Origin: Flavobacterium sp. | GTDB taxonomy: Bacteria; Bacteroidota; Bacteroidia; Flavobacteriales; Flavobacteriaceae | Assembly (NCBI GenBank): GCA_043768185.1 | Contig: JAYVKR010000206.1 | Coordinates: 1-50,275 of the forward strand | Direction: 5' to 3' | DNA length: 50,275 bases | Shown: one piece after another, positions 29,321 to 37,772 of the stretch | Layout: every line of letters starts with the position of its first letter | Numbering within the stretch: the stretch's first letter is position 1 | The notes under the pieces: model-generated | Databases searched by the model: none | The model's input: the letters and a program-made list of their open reading frames with translations, nothing else | What the model was told of the DNA's origin: nothing | Made by a program: the position numbers and the translations under genes

Positions 29321-29434
29321 GGGTTTGTAAAGAATAGAAGTGATAAATATTGTAATTTAACGAGTATAATAGCAATTTATAGATTTTATTTTTAAATTAA
29401 TATTATATTACTTTATTTTATGATAAATTATTAA

Positions 29435-29466
29435 GGTCGCTTAAACACTCAAGACCAAAATGGAGT
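29435..29466 (+). promoter_or_regulatory. Conserved 5'-leader motif, copy 4
   Basis: GGTC GCTTAAAC ACTC AA GACC AAAATG GAGT, retained although the flanks have diverged. Confidence 0.7.
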
Positions 29467-29482
29467 ATTTATATAGTATAAT

Positions 29483-29653
29483 ATGATAACACTAGAAAGA
29501 TTATCCCAAGATTTAAATGTTGAAAATTTTGATTTAATAGTTGGTGGATGTCCACCAGTAGGAGTTGGAAGCAGTAGTAAAGTTACATGCAAATCTGTAT
29601 CTTCAATGTCTTCAATGTCTACAAAATCAGTTAAAATTAAAATTAAGCATTAA
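29483..29653 (+). CDS. Double-glycine precursor peptide 4 (divergent, two Cys), 56 aa: MITLERLSQDLNVENFDLIVGG-CPPVGVGSSSKVTCKSVSSMSSMSTKSVKIKIKH
   Basis: Translated by hand; conserved leader, different core. Confidence 0.9.
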   Translation: MITLERLSQDLNVENFDLIVGGCPPVGVGSSSKVTCKSVSSMSSMSTKSVKIKIKH

Positions 29654-29670
29654 TTTTTTTTAAAAAATTT

Positions 29671-29708
29671 AAAAGTCAGTTTTTATTAATAAATTCTGAC
29701 TTTTTTTT
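29671..29708 (+). terminator. Terminator after precursor 4
   Basis: AAAAGTCAG...CTGACTTTTTTTT. Confidence 0.7.
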
Positions 29709-29980
29709 ATGAATAAATGTTTCAATAAAACTTAATTTATTAATAAATTATAATAAGTTTAGTAATAATATATTGTTAATTAATTGCATAAATTAACAAA
29801 TTTAAAAGCAATTTTATTCGATAAACTACATTGTACTTGCAATTTAACGAGTTTATTGACAAGTTGGTAGATTTTATTTTAAACATAGTTAACATATACT
29901 TAGTTTTACATCAGAAACAAAAACAAGAAGTAATTTCATTACCTAATATTATATAATAATATTGAAATTATTTTTTAAAA

Positions 29981-30012
29981 GGTCGCCTTAACACTCAAGA
30001 CCATAATGGAGT
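29981..30012 (+). promoter_or_regulatory. Conserved 5'-leader motif, copy 5
   Basis: GGTC GCCTTAAC ACTC AA GACC ATAATG GAGT. Confidence 0.7.
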
Positions 30013-30032
30013 AAAATAAAAAATCGTCCCAA

Positions 30033-30215
30033 ATGATTACATTAGAAAGATTAACACAAGAATTAAGAATTGAAAATTTAGAATTACTAGTTGGTGGTGG
30101 AAAAAAAGTAAAGAGTATAAAAAGTGCAAGCGGATCAAGTTCTGCATCATCTCACTCTAGTTCTTCTCATTCAAATTCTTCTACAGTAGTTGTAGACATT
30201 AGAGTTTACAATTAA
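30033..30215 (+). CDS. Double-glycine precursor peptide 5, 60 aa: MITLERLTQELRIENLELLVGG-GKKVKSIKSASGSSSASSHSSSSHSNSSTVVVDIRVYN
   Basis: In the ORF track; GG leader, 15 Ser in a 38-aa core. Confidence 0.92.
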   Translation: MITLERLTQELRIENLELLVGGGKKVKSIKSASGSSSASSHSSSSHSNSSTVVVDIRVYN

Positions 30216-30234
30216 TAAAAAGATTTATTATACT

Positions 30235-30268
30235 AAAAAAGACTGCTTAAAAGCAGTCTTTTTTTTTG
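30235..30268. terminator. Bidirectional terminator between precursor 5 and rny
   Basis: AAAAAAGACTGCTT-AA-AAGCAGTCTTTTTTTTT. Confidence 0.88.
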
Positions 30269-30285
30269 AATTGAAAGTATTAATA

Positions 30286-31851
30286 TTATTTAGCGATATT
30301 AACCGCACGAGTTTCTCTAATTACTGTAATTTTAACTTGTCCAGGATAAGTCATTTCTGTTTGAATTTTTTGTGATATTTCAAATGATAAATTTTGAGCC
30401 ATATCATCACTCACTTTTTCACTTTCTACAATAACTCTAAGTTCGCGTCCGGCTTGAATTGCATAAGCGTTTTTAACGCCATTAAATCCAAAAGCTATTT
30501 CTTCTAAATCTTTAAGTCGTTGAATGTATGAATCTAATACTTGACGTCTTGCGCCAGGTCTTGCGCCAGAAATTGCATCACAAACCTGAATAATTGGAGA
30601 AATTAAATATTTCATTTCAATCTCATCGTGGTGTGCTCCAATTGCGTTGCATACTTCTTCTTTTTCTCCAAATTTTTCTGCCCATTGCATTCCTAAAAGT
30701 GCGTGAGGTAAATCGCTTTCTGCATCTGGAACTTTACCAATATCGTGAAGTAAACCAGCACGTTTAGCCAATTTAACATTCAAGCCAAGTTCTGCAGCCA
30801 TAATTCCGCAAAGTTTTGAAACTTCTCTTGAATGTTGTAATAAATTTTGTCCGTAAGACGATCGGTATTTCATTCTACCAACAACTTTTATAAGTTCTGG
30901 ATGCAAACCGTGAATTCCCAAATCAATTACAGTTCTTTTACCAACTTCTATAATTTCATCATCAATTTGTTTGGTAGTTTTTGCAACAACTTCTTCAATT
31001 CTTGCTGGGTGAATTCTACCATCGGTAACTAATTTATGCAATGCCAATCGTGCAATTTCTCTTCTAACTGGATCAAAACAAGATAATATAATTGCTTCTG
31101 GTGTATCATCAACAATAATTTCAACTCCTGTTGCAGCTTCAAGTGCACGAATATTTCTTCCTTCTCTACCAATAATTCTTCCTTTTACATCGTCAGATTC
31201 TATATTGAAAACAGATACGCAATTCTCTACAGCTTCTTCTGTTCCAACACGTTGTATGGTAGAAATAATTACTTTTTTAGCTTCTTGTGCAGCAGTAAGT
31301 TTAGCTTCTTCTATTGTATCTTGAATGTGCGACATAGCTTTGGTTTTTGCCTCAGCTTTCAAGCTTTCTACAAGTTGTTCTTTGGCATCTTCTGCAGAAA
31401 GTCCAGAAATTACTTCTAGTTGTTCTACTTGGCTTTTGTGCATTTTTTCAACTTCATTTTGCTTTTTATCTAGCAACTCAATTTTAGAAGTATATTCAGT
31501 AGTTTTAGCTTCGTAATCATCGTTAACTTTCTTAGCTTTAGATAATTCGCTAGAAACTTGCGATTCTTTATCTCGTATTCTTTTTTCAACTTCGGCAAGT
31601 TTTTTATCTTTAGCCAAAATATCCTTTTCGTGCTCTGATTTTAACTCTAAAAACTTTTCTTTTGCTTGTAAAAGCTTGGCTTGTTTCGTATTTTCTGCTT
31701 CAAGATTAGCTTCTTTTATTATAGAACCAGCTTCTTTTTTTGCACTTTTTATCATGTTAGAAACGTTGCTCTTTTCCAAAAATTTTGCAATTGCAAAACC
31801 ACCGCCGATTCCAGCTAAAACTGCAAAAATTATAAATAATGTTGTACTCAT
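30286..31851 (-). CDS. rny: Ribonuclease Y
   Basis: N-terminal TM, coiled coil, KH ([13 protein letters not shown]), HD (LLHDIGK), [11 protein letters not shown]. Confidence 0.97.
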   Translation of the reverse strand: MSTTLFIIFAVLAGIGGGFAIAKFLEKSNVSNMIKSAKKEAGSIIKEANLEAENTKQAKLLQAKEKFLELKSEHEKDILAKDKKLAEVEKRIRDKESQVSSELSKAKKVNDDYEAKTTEYTSKIELLDKKQNEVEKMHKSQVEQLEVISGLSAEDAKEQLVESLKAEAKTKAMSHIQDTIEEAKLTAAQEAKKVIISTIQRVGTEEAVENCVSVFNIESDDVKGRIIGREGRNIRALEAATGVEIIVDDTPEAIILSCFDPVRREIARLALHKLVTDGRIHPARIEEVVAKTTKQIDDEIIEVGKRTVIDLGIHGLHPELIKVVGRMKYRSSYGQNLLQHSREVSKLCGIMAAELGLNVKLAKRAGLLHDIGKVPDAESDLPHALLGMQWAEKFGEKEEVCNAIGAHHDEIEMKYLISPIIQVCDAISGARPGARRQVLDSYIQRLKDLEEIAFGFNGVKNAYAIQAGRELRVIVESEKVSDDMAQNLSFEISQKIQTEMTYPGQVKITVIRETRAVNIAK

Positions 31852-31874
31852 GTTTGTTTAAAATTTAGATATAA

Positions 31875-32036
31875 AAAAAACCTACATTAGGCGATTGAAT
31901 AAACTCGAATCGACAAGTTTTGAGCTAACTCGCTGTTCAAGCTTCCAATTCTAGATTGGCTTGCTATAGTAGCGACGATTCACTCATTTTAATTTGTTAG
32001 TGTTGAGTTTACCAAAAATGTACTAATGTAGGCAGT
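31875..32036 (-). ncRNA. ssrS: 6S RNA (Flavobacterial type)
   Basis: Long rod closed by CCTACATTAG (31881) / CTAATGTAGG (32023) and TAAACTC / GAGTTTA around a central bubble; typical position between zapA and rny; ends approximate. Confidence 0.8.
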
Positions 32037-32077
32037 ATTTTTAGTTTATGTAAATGAACGTTTTTTAACCTTTTTTA

Positions 32078-32371
32078 TTATTTATTAAGATACGAGTCAA
32101 CCTTATTATTAAGTTTATTTAATCTATCTAACGATGCTGTTCCATCAATAGGATTATCTACTTTTTTTTGTTCAACTTGCGATGCAAATTGTAAGGCACA
32201 CATGGCTAAAACATCTTGTTTATCTCGTACTGCGTAATTTTCTTCAAACTGTTTAATCATTACATCAATTTTTTTGGAAGCACTTCGCAATCCTTCTTCT
32301 TGAGAGAATTCAACCGTTAACGGATAAACTCTATCTGCAATTGATATTTTAATTTTTAGCTTTTCATCCAT
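32078..32371 (-). CDS. zapA: Cell division protein ZapA
   Basis: IKISIADRVYPL...EEGLR...DKQDVLAMCALQ; start set at MDEK (32371). Confidence 0.9.
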   Translation of the reverse strand: MDEKLKIKISIADRVYPLTVEFSQEEGLRSASKKIDVMIKQFEENYAVRDKQDVLAMCALQFASQVEQKKVDNPIDGTASLDRLNKLNNKVDSYLNK

Positions 32372-32375
32372 ATTT

Positions 32376-32666
32376 TTAATCAGATAATTGTGCAACACAA
32401 TAATCTATATCACGAATTAAAGAATTTATTTTCAGCTTTGTATCTCTTTTATAATCTTCACTGCCCAATAATGAATTGGCTGTTTTTAAAGTTTCATACT
32501 CTTTTTTTAATTGATCTACAATTAAATTTTGATTCTGATTGGAAACGGCAGATTTCTTTAATTCTTCTTGCAACGCTTGATTTTTTTCTTCCAAACTATC
32601 TATTTTTGCAAACAGTTTTTCGATTTTAATTTCAAGAGTATCAATTATTTCTGCAATTTCACTCAT
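32376..32666 (-). CDS. Coiled-coil protein, ZapB-like
   Basis: All coiled coil, ends KINSLIRDIDYCVAQL; directly upstream of zapA. Confidence 0.75.
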   Translation of the reverse strand: MSEIAEIIDTLEIKIEKLFAKIDSLEEKNQALQEELKKSAVSNQNQNLIVDQLKKEYETLKTANSLLGSEDYKRDTKLKINSLIRDIDYCVAQLSD

Positions 32667-32861
32667 TTATAACACTATTCATTACTTAATCTTACAAATT
32701 TATAATTCTCAATCAATTAAACCAATATTTTGAGTAAAAATATTCATTTATTTTTAGTTAAACTTGTAATATTTTGTTACATAGCTATTTATAATCACTT
32801 TTTTATTTTTATTTTAGTAGTAATAATCTTTTTTATATTTTAGCCAAAAACCTACTTTACC

Positions 32862-34553
32862 ATGAGATTACTAATTTTAACTTTATTGATTACATTTTTT
32901 TGTAATTCACAAGAAAAATATCCTCAAGATTATTTTAGATCACCATTGGATATTCCTATTCAATTGTCTGGAAATTTTGGAGAATTACGTCCCAATCATT
33001 TTCATGCAGGTTTTGATATTAAAACCCAACAAAAAGAAGGATTAAATATCTATGCTGTAGCTGATGGTTATGTTTCTAGAATTAAAATTTCTATCTATGG
33101 ATACGGAAAAGCAATTTACATTACACATCCAAATGGTTATACTTCTGTTTACGGTCATCTTCAAAAAGCATCTGGAACTATTCAAGATAAAATTATCGAA
33201 TTACAATACGATCAAAAATCTTATGAAATTGAAGCTTTTTTTAAACCTAACGAAATACTTGTTACTAAAGGTCAAGTAATTGCAATTTCTGGAAATACTG
33301 GCGGTTCTGAAGGTCCACATTTACATTTTGAATTTAGAGAAAATAAAACAGAAAATGCTTTAAATCCGTTACTGTTTGGTTTAAATGTAAAAGATACTAA
33401 GAAACCTGTTGTTTCAAGTTTAATGGTTTATCCTATTGATAATGAATCTGTTGTAAATTCATCTAAAAGACCAATTGCATTAAATTTATCGCTTCAAGCT
33501 GATGGAAGTTACGTTTCTGAAAAGGTTTTGGCATCTGGTAAAATTGGTTTCGGAATAACAACTTCAGATTATGATGATGTTTCTTTTAACAATAACGGAA
33601 CTTATAAAACGCAAGTAAGTGATAATGGTAAAACAATTTTTAGTTATGAATTTGACAAAATAGCATTTGAAGAAGCAAGGTTTATTAACGCATTTATTGA
33701 TTATGATAGATATAAAAAAATGCGAAACAGAATACAAAAATTGTTTATGAAAAACGAATATAAATTAGCAAATATAAAATCGAACATTAATAACGGAGTT
33801 TTAAATATTGTTCCAAATTATATGGATACAGAAAAAATAGAAGTTTCAGATTTTTATGGTAATACCACTAAAATTACAATTCCAGTTTCTTATTCTGCTG
33901 GATTAAATGTTGTTCCTGTAGAACCAAAAACAACTAAATATTTTATAAAAGCTAAATCTGATACTAATTTTGAAAAAGATAATTTCTCTGTTTTTTTTCC
34001 TGCAAATACTTTTTATGACGATTTTTACATGAACTTTGATGTAAAAAATAAAACACTTTTTCTTCATGAAGATGTTGTGCCTGCGCATACTAATTTTACA
34101 ATTTCTATTATAGATTCTGTTTCTAGCGCAACAGATAAAAGTAAACTATTTATTGCAGCAGTAAACGGAATAAAATTGAGTTACAATGCAACAAACTTAG
34201 TAGATAATACGTTTACTTGTAAAGCACGAACTTTAGGACAATTTATATTAGTAAAAGACACTATTGCGCCTAAAATTTCTATTGCCAAACCCATTCAAGA
34301 TAAGTGGATTACAGACCAAAAAAGTATTTCTATTACAATTTCTGATGATTTGTCTGGCGTAAAAACCTATAATGGTTATATAAATGACAAATGGGTTTTA
34401 TTTGAATATGAAAATAAATTAAAACGATTAACGCATACTTTTGATGATAAATTATTATTAGAAGGAAAAAATAATTTGAAAATTGTTGTAACCGATAATG
34501 TTGGAAATTCAACTATATTTGAAACGCAATTTAATAGAAGCCAAAAAAAATAA
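32862..34553 (+). CDS. M23-family metallopeptidase
   Basis: HFHAGFD, YGHL, GNTGGS.GPHLHFE. Confidence 0.92.
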   Translation: MRLLILTLLITFFCNSQEKYPQDYFRSPLDIPIQLSGNFGELRPNHFHAGFDIKTQQKEGLNIYAVADGYVSRIKISIYGYGKAIYITHPNGYTSVYGHLQKASGTIQDKIIELQYDQKSYEIEAFFKPNEILVTKGQVIAISGNTGGSEGPHLHFEFRENKTENALNPLLFGLNVKDTKKPVVSSLMVYPIDNESVVNSSKRPIALNLSLQADGSYVSEKVLASGKIGFGITTSDYDDVSFNNNGTYKTQVSDNGKTIFSYEFDKIAFEEARFINAFIDYDRYKKMRNRIQKLFMKNEYKLANIKSNINNGVLNIVPNYMDTEKIEVSDFYGNTTKITIPVSYSAGLNVVPVEPKTTKYFIKAKSDTNFEKDNFSVFFPANTFYDDFYMNFDVKNKTLFLHEDVVPAHTNFTISIIDSVSSATDKSKLFIAAVNGIKLSYNATNLVDNTFTCKARTLGQFILVKDTIAPKISIAKPIQDKWITDQKSISITISDDLSGVKTYNGYINDKWVLFEYENKLKRLTHTFDDKLLLEGKNNLKIVVTDNVGNSTIFETQFNRSQKK

Positions 34554-34556
34554 AAT

Positions 34557-37028
34557 TTGAAAACAAAAAATACATTATTTCACCTTTTTTTGCTACTTGT
34601 ATCAGTAGTTTCTTTTGCACAAAACGCTAGAATTAAAGGAGTTATATTAGACGAAAATAATAAAGCTGTAGAAGGCGTAACGGTTAGTTATCAAGGCAAA
34701 TCTACTATTACTGATGAAACTGGTTTTTACATTATTGGTGTTCCTTCCAATCAAAAAGTGGTTTTAATATTTTCTCATATTTCTTTAGGAAAAATTACAG
34801 GAACATTTCAATTAAAACCAAACGAGGATTTTGAATACAATCCAATAATGATTGTTGGAGCTGAACAATTGAATGATGTATTAATTACCAGTAATAAACG
34901 AAGAGTTCAAGGTATTATAAGTATTGAACCAGAAACTATTAGAAGAATTCCTGCTGCAAATGGTGGTATTGAAAACATTTTAAAAACTATGCCTGGAGTT
35001 AGTAATAATAATGAATTAAGTACACAATATTCAGTTCGAGGTGGAAATTACGATGAAAATTTAGTCTACGTAAACGAAATAGAAGTGTATCGACCGTTTT
35101 TAATTCGTTCTGGCCAACAAGAAGGTTTAAGTTTTACCAATACCGATTTGATTCAAAATGTAGATTTTTCTGCTGGAGGTTTTCAGGCAAAATATGGCGA
35201 TAAAATGTCGTCTGTTTTAGACATTACTTATAGAAAACCTACAAAATTTGGCGCATCAATAGAAGCAAGTTTGCTTGGAGGAAGCATTTCTGCCGAAGGT
35301 GTTTCTAAAAATCAAAAATGGAGTGCCATTACTGGAGTTCGTTACCGTGACAATTCTCTTTTAGTAAACAGCCAAGAAACAGAAAGTAATTTTAGACCAT
35401 CATTTGCCGATATTCAAACTAGTGTTAATTTTAATTCGTCTACCAAATGGCAATGGAGTTTTCTTGGAAATATTTCTCAAAATAAATACAATTTTCAACC
35501 CTTAACGCGTCAAACCAATTTTGGAACTATTAACGAACCAATTGCGTTGCAAGTTTTTTACGAAGGTCAAGAAAGTGATGAATATCAAACTTATTTTGGT
35601 GCTATAAAATCTACTTTCGTTGCCGATTCTGTAAGTACTTATAAACTAATTGCTTCTGCTTTTCACACTCAAGAACAAGAACATTTTGATATTGATGCAG
35701 CTTATTTTCTTGGCGATGTTGATACTAATATTGGATCAGAAACCTTTGGTGATGTAACTTTCAATACAGCAGTTGGTTCGCAATTAACTCACGCAAGAAA
35801 CGATCTTGATGCTGTAATTGTAAATGCAGAAGTTAAAGGAAATCATAGTATTAAGAATAAATTTCAAATAGATTGGGGTTTAAAATATACCCACGAAAGT
35901 ATTCGCGATAGAATTGTAGAATGGGAAGTTATAGATTCGGCAGGATTTTCATTAAACAATCCAATATTAGATTTGCCAGTAAATGATCAACCTTATAATC
36001 CATATATTGGTCCGTTAGTTCCATATAAAAATGTTAGAGCAACTAATTTTGTAGACATTAATAGAATTTCTGGGTTTGCACAATACAGTAAAAAAACTAA
36101 GCTTGGCGAAAATCAATTGTGGTTAAATGCTGGAATTAGAGCACACAATTGGACAATTTCTGGACCACAAATTACAAATGCTAAAACGCAAACTGTTTTT
36201 TCTCCAAGAGTTCAAATTGCCTTAAAACCCAATTGGGATAAAGATATGATTTTTAGATTTTCTACAGGATTTTACTATCAACCGCCATTTTACAGAGAAT
36301 TACGAGATGAAAATGGAGTAGTGCAACCCAATGTAAAAGCTCAAAAATCTATTCATTTTGTGTTGAGTAATGATTATAGTTTTAAAATGTGGAATCGTCC
36401 TTTTAAACTAGTTTCAGAGTTGTATTATAAAAATATGACTGATGTAAATACGTATACTTTAGAAAATGTTAGAATTAGATATCGTGCTAATAATGATGCA
36501 GTTGCATATACTTATGGATTTGATTGTAGGTTAAACGGACAGTTTGTAACAGGAACAGAATCATGGTTTAGTTTTGGATATTTAAAAACCGAAGAAAACC
36601 AAAACGATAAAGGTTACATTGCAAGACCAACAGACCAACGATTAAAATTTGGAATTTTGTTTCAAGATTATATGCCAAACATTCCAAACGTAAAATTATA
36701 TTTGAATTTGGTATACAATACTGGACTTCCTGGTGGTTCTCCATCGTATGCTGATGTGTATCAATATCAAAGTCGATTGCGAGATTATCGTCGTGCAGAT
36801 GTTGGATTTTCGTATGTTTTTACAGAAAAAAATAGTGAAAAACCAAGCGGACATTGGTTAAAAAAGTTTCAAGATTTATCATTAGGATTTGAAATTTATA
36901 ATCTATTTAATAATCAAAATGCAATTACCAATACTTGGGTTCGCGATGCGTATACTAAAAACCAATACGGAATTCCAAATTATTTAACCCAACGAGTTTT
37001 TAATATAAAATTGTCGGCTAGGTTGTAA
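34557..37028 (+). CDS. TonB-dependent receptor with carboxypeptidase-regulatory-like N domain
   Basis: Signal peptide, plug motif PGV...YSVRGG..DEN, GGF.AKYG, barrel end NLFN. Confidence 0.85.
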   Translation: MKTKNTLFHLFLLLVSVVSFAQNARIKGVILDENNKAVEGVTVSYQGKSTITDETGFYIIGVPSNQKVVLIFSHISLGKITGTFQLKPNEDFEYNPIMIVGAEQLNDVLITSNKRRVQGIISIEPETIRRIPAANGGIENILKTMPGVSNNNELSTQYSVRGGNYDENLVYVNEIEVYRPFLIRSGQQEGLSFTNTDLIQNVDFSAGGFQAKYGDKMSSVLDITYRKPTKFGASIEASLLGGSISAEGVSKNQKWSAITGVRYRDNSLLVNSQETESNFRPSFADIQTSVNFNSSTKWQWSFLGNISQNKYNFQPLTRQTNFGTINEPIALQVFYEGQESDEYQTYFGAIKSTFVADSVSTYKLIASAFHTQEQEHFDIDAAYFLGDVDTNIGSETFGDVTFNTAVGSQLTHARNDLDAVIVNAEVKGNHSIKNKFQIDWGLKYTHESIRDRIVEWEVIDSAGFSLNNPILDLPVNDQPYNPYIGPLVPYKNVRATNFVDINRISGFAQYSKKTKLGENQLWLNAGIRAHNWTISGPQITNAKTQTVFSPRVQIALKPNWDKDMIFRFSTGFYYQPPFYRELRDENGVVQPNVKAQKSIHFVLSNDYSFKMWNRPFKLVSELYYKNMTDVNTYTLENVRIRYRANNDAVAYTYGFDCRLNGQFVTGTESWFSFGYLKTEENQNDKGYIARPTDQRLKFGILFQDYMPNIPNVKLYLNLVYNTGLPGGSPSYADVYQYQSRLRDYRRADVGFSYVFTEKNSEKPSGHWLKKFQDLSLGFEIYNLFNNQNAITNTWVRDAYTKNQYGIPNYLTQRVFNIKLSARL

Positions 37029-37040
37029 AATTCATTAAAT

Positions 37041-37772
37041 TTGATAAAAAAAATCATTATGCATAAATTCATCATATTAGTTCTAATTATTGCTTCGTTT
37101 AGTAGCTGCAAACAAGAAAAAGAAACTCCCAAAGTACGTTACGAAGCAACTTCTAAAGATAAAAAAGAAGTAAAAGTTGATACAACTCAAATTGCTGTTG
37201 CCGATTTGCCAATACATTTTGAAGGAACTAATTTTTTAATTCATCCAATAGGAAATTTAAATAGTGCTGGAAAAAAAGTTGCCTATGATTCTTCTAGTGC
37301 TTATGAAGATCAAAGTTTTACTATTTCTAATACTAATGATTTTCAAATAACTGGTCATTTATCTAATTTAAAATTTCAACAAGTAAATTCAGATTCTTTA
37401 AAAGTGCTTTCTGCAAAACCAATTCTAATAGAAACTGCTACCTATTTAAAAACATTTTCAGATAAAACAGGAAATCAATTTATGGTGTACACTTTATCAG
37501 ATTTTGATACCAATATGGATGGAAAACTTGATGAAAAAGATATAAAATCTATATATTTAAGTGACAGTAGCGGAAATAAATTCACTAAAATATCTCCAGA
37601 TTTAAATGAATTGATAGATTGGAATTGTATAGAAACAACTTCCAAATTATATTTTAGATCAATTGAAGACAGTAATAAAAATGGAAAATTTGATAAAAAT
37701 GATGTGGTGCATTATCATTTTTTAAACTTACTATCTAAAGAGTGGAAAGCACAAGAATACAACCCAATTTAA
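37041..37772 (+). CDS. Hypothetical lipoprotein with two EF-hand-like DxNxDG motifs
   Basis: FSSC lipobox; DTNMDGKLD, DSNKNGKFD; true start may be the internal Met. Confidence 0.7.
   Translation: MIKKIIMHKFIILVLIIASFSSCKQEKETPKVRYEATSKDKKEVKVDTTQIAVADLPIHFEGTNFLIHPIGNLNSAGKKVAYDSSSAYEDQSFTISNTNDFQITGHLSNLKFQQVNSDSLKVLSAKPILIETATYLKTFSDKTGNQFMVYTLSDFDTNMDGKLDEKDIKSIYLSDSSGNKFTKISPDLNELIDWNCIETTSKLYFRSIEDSNKNGKFDKNDVVHYHFLNLLSKEWKAQEYNPI

Larger units (their letters stand above)
28424..29328 (+). repeat. Near-identical tandem duplication (~466-bp period) containing precursors 2 and 3 with promoter, leader and terminator
   Basis: 28424..28861 aligns by eye to 28890..29328; the ATGs are 466 bp apart. 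Confidence 0.9.

Noticed and set aside
28125-30012. CRISPR array (five ~33-bp repeats)
   Set aside because: Spacing is 380-550 bp, the intervals hold paralogous genes and terminators, and there are no cas genes.
28125-30012. Type III toxin-antitoxin (ToxI-like) pseudoknot repeats, or a known SAM-II/preQ1 riboswitch
   Set aside because: Repeats are not contiguous, there is no ToxN-like gene, and I could not match the ligand-binding consensus by eye; an Rfam search is still needed.
21848-30215. Class III/IV lanthipeptide cluster
   Set aside because: The kinase is only 382 aa with no lyase or LanC-like domain; four of five cores have no Cys.
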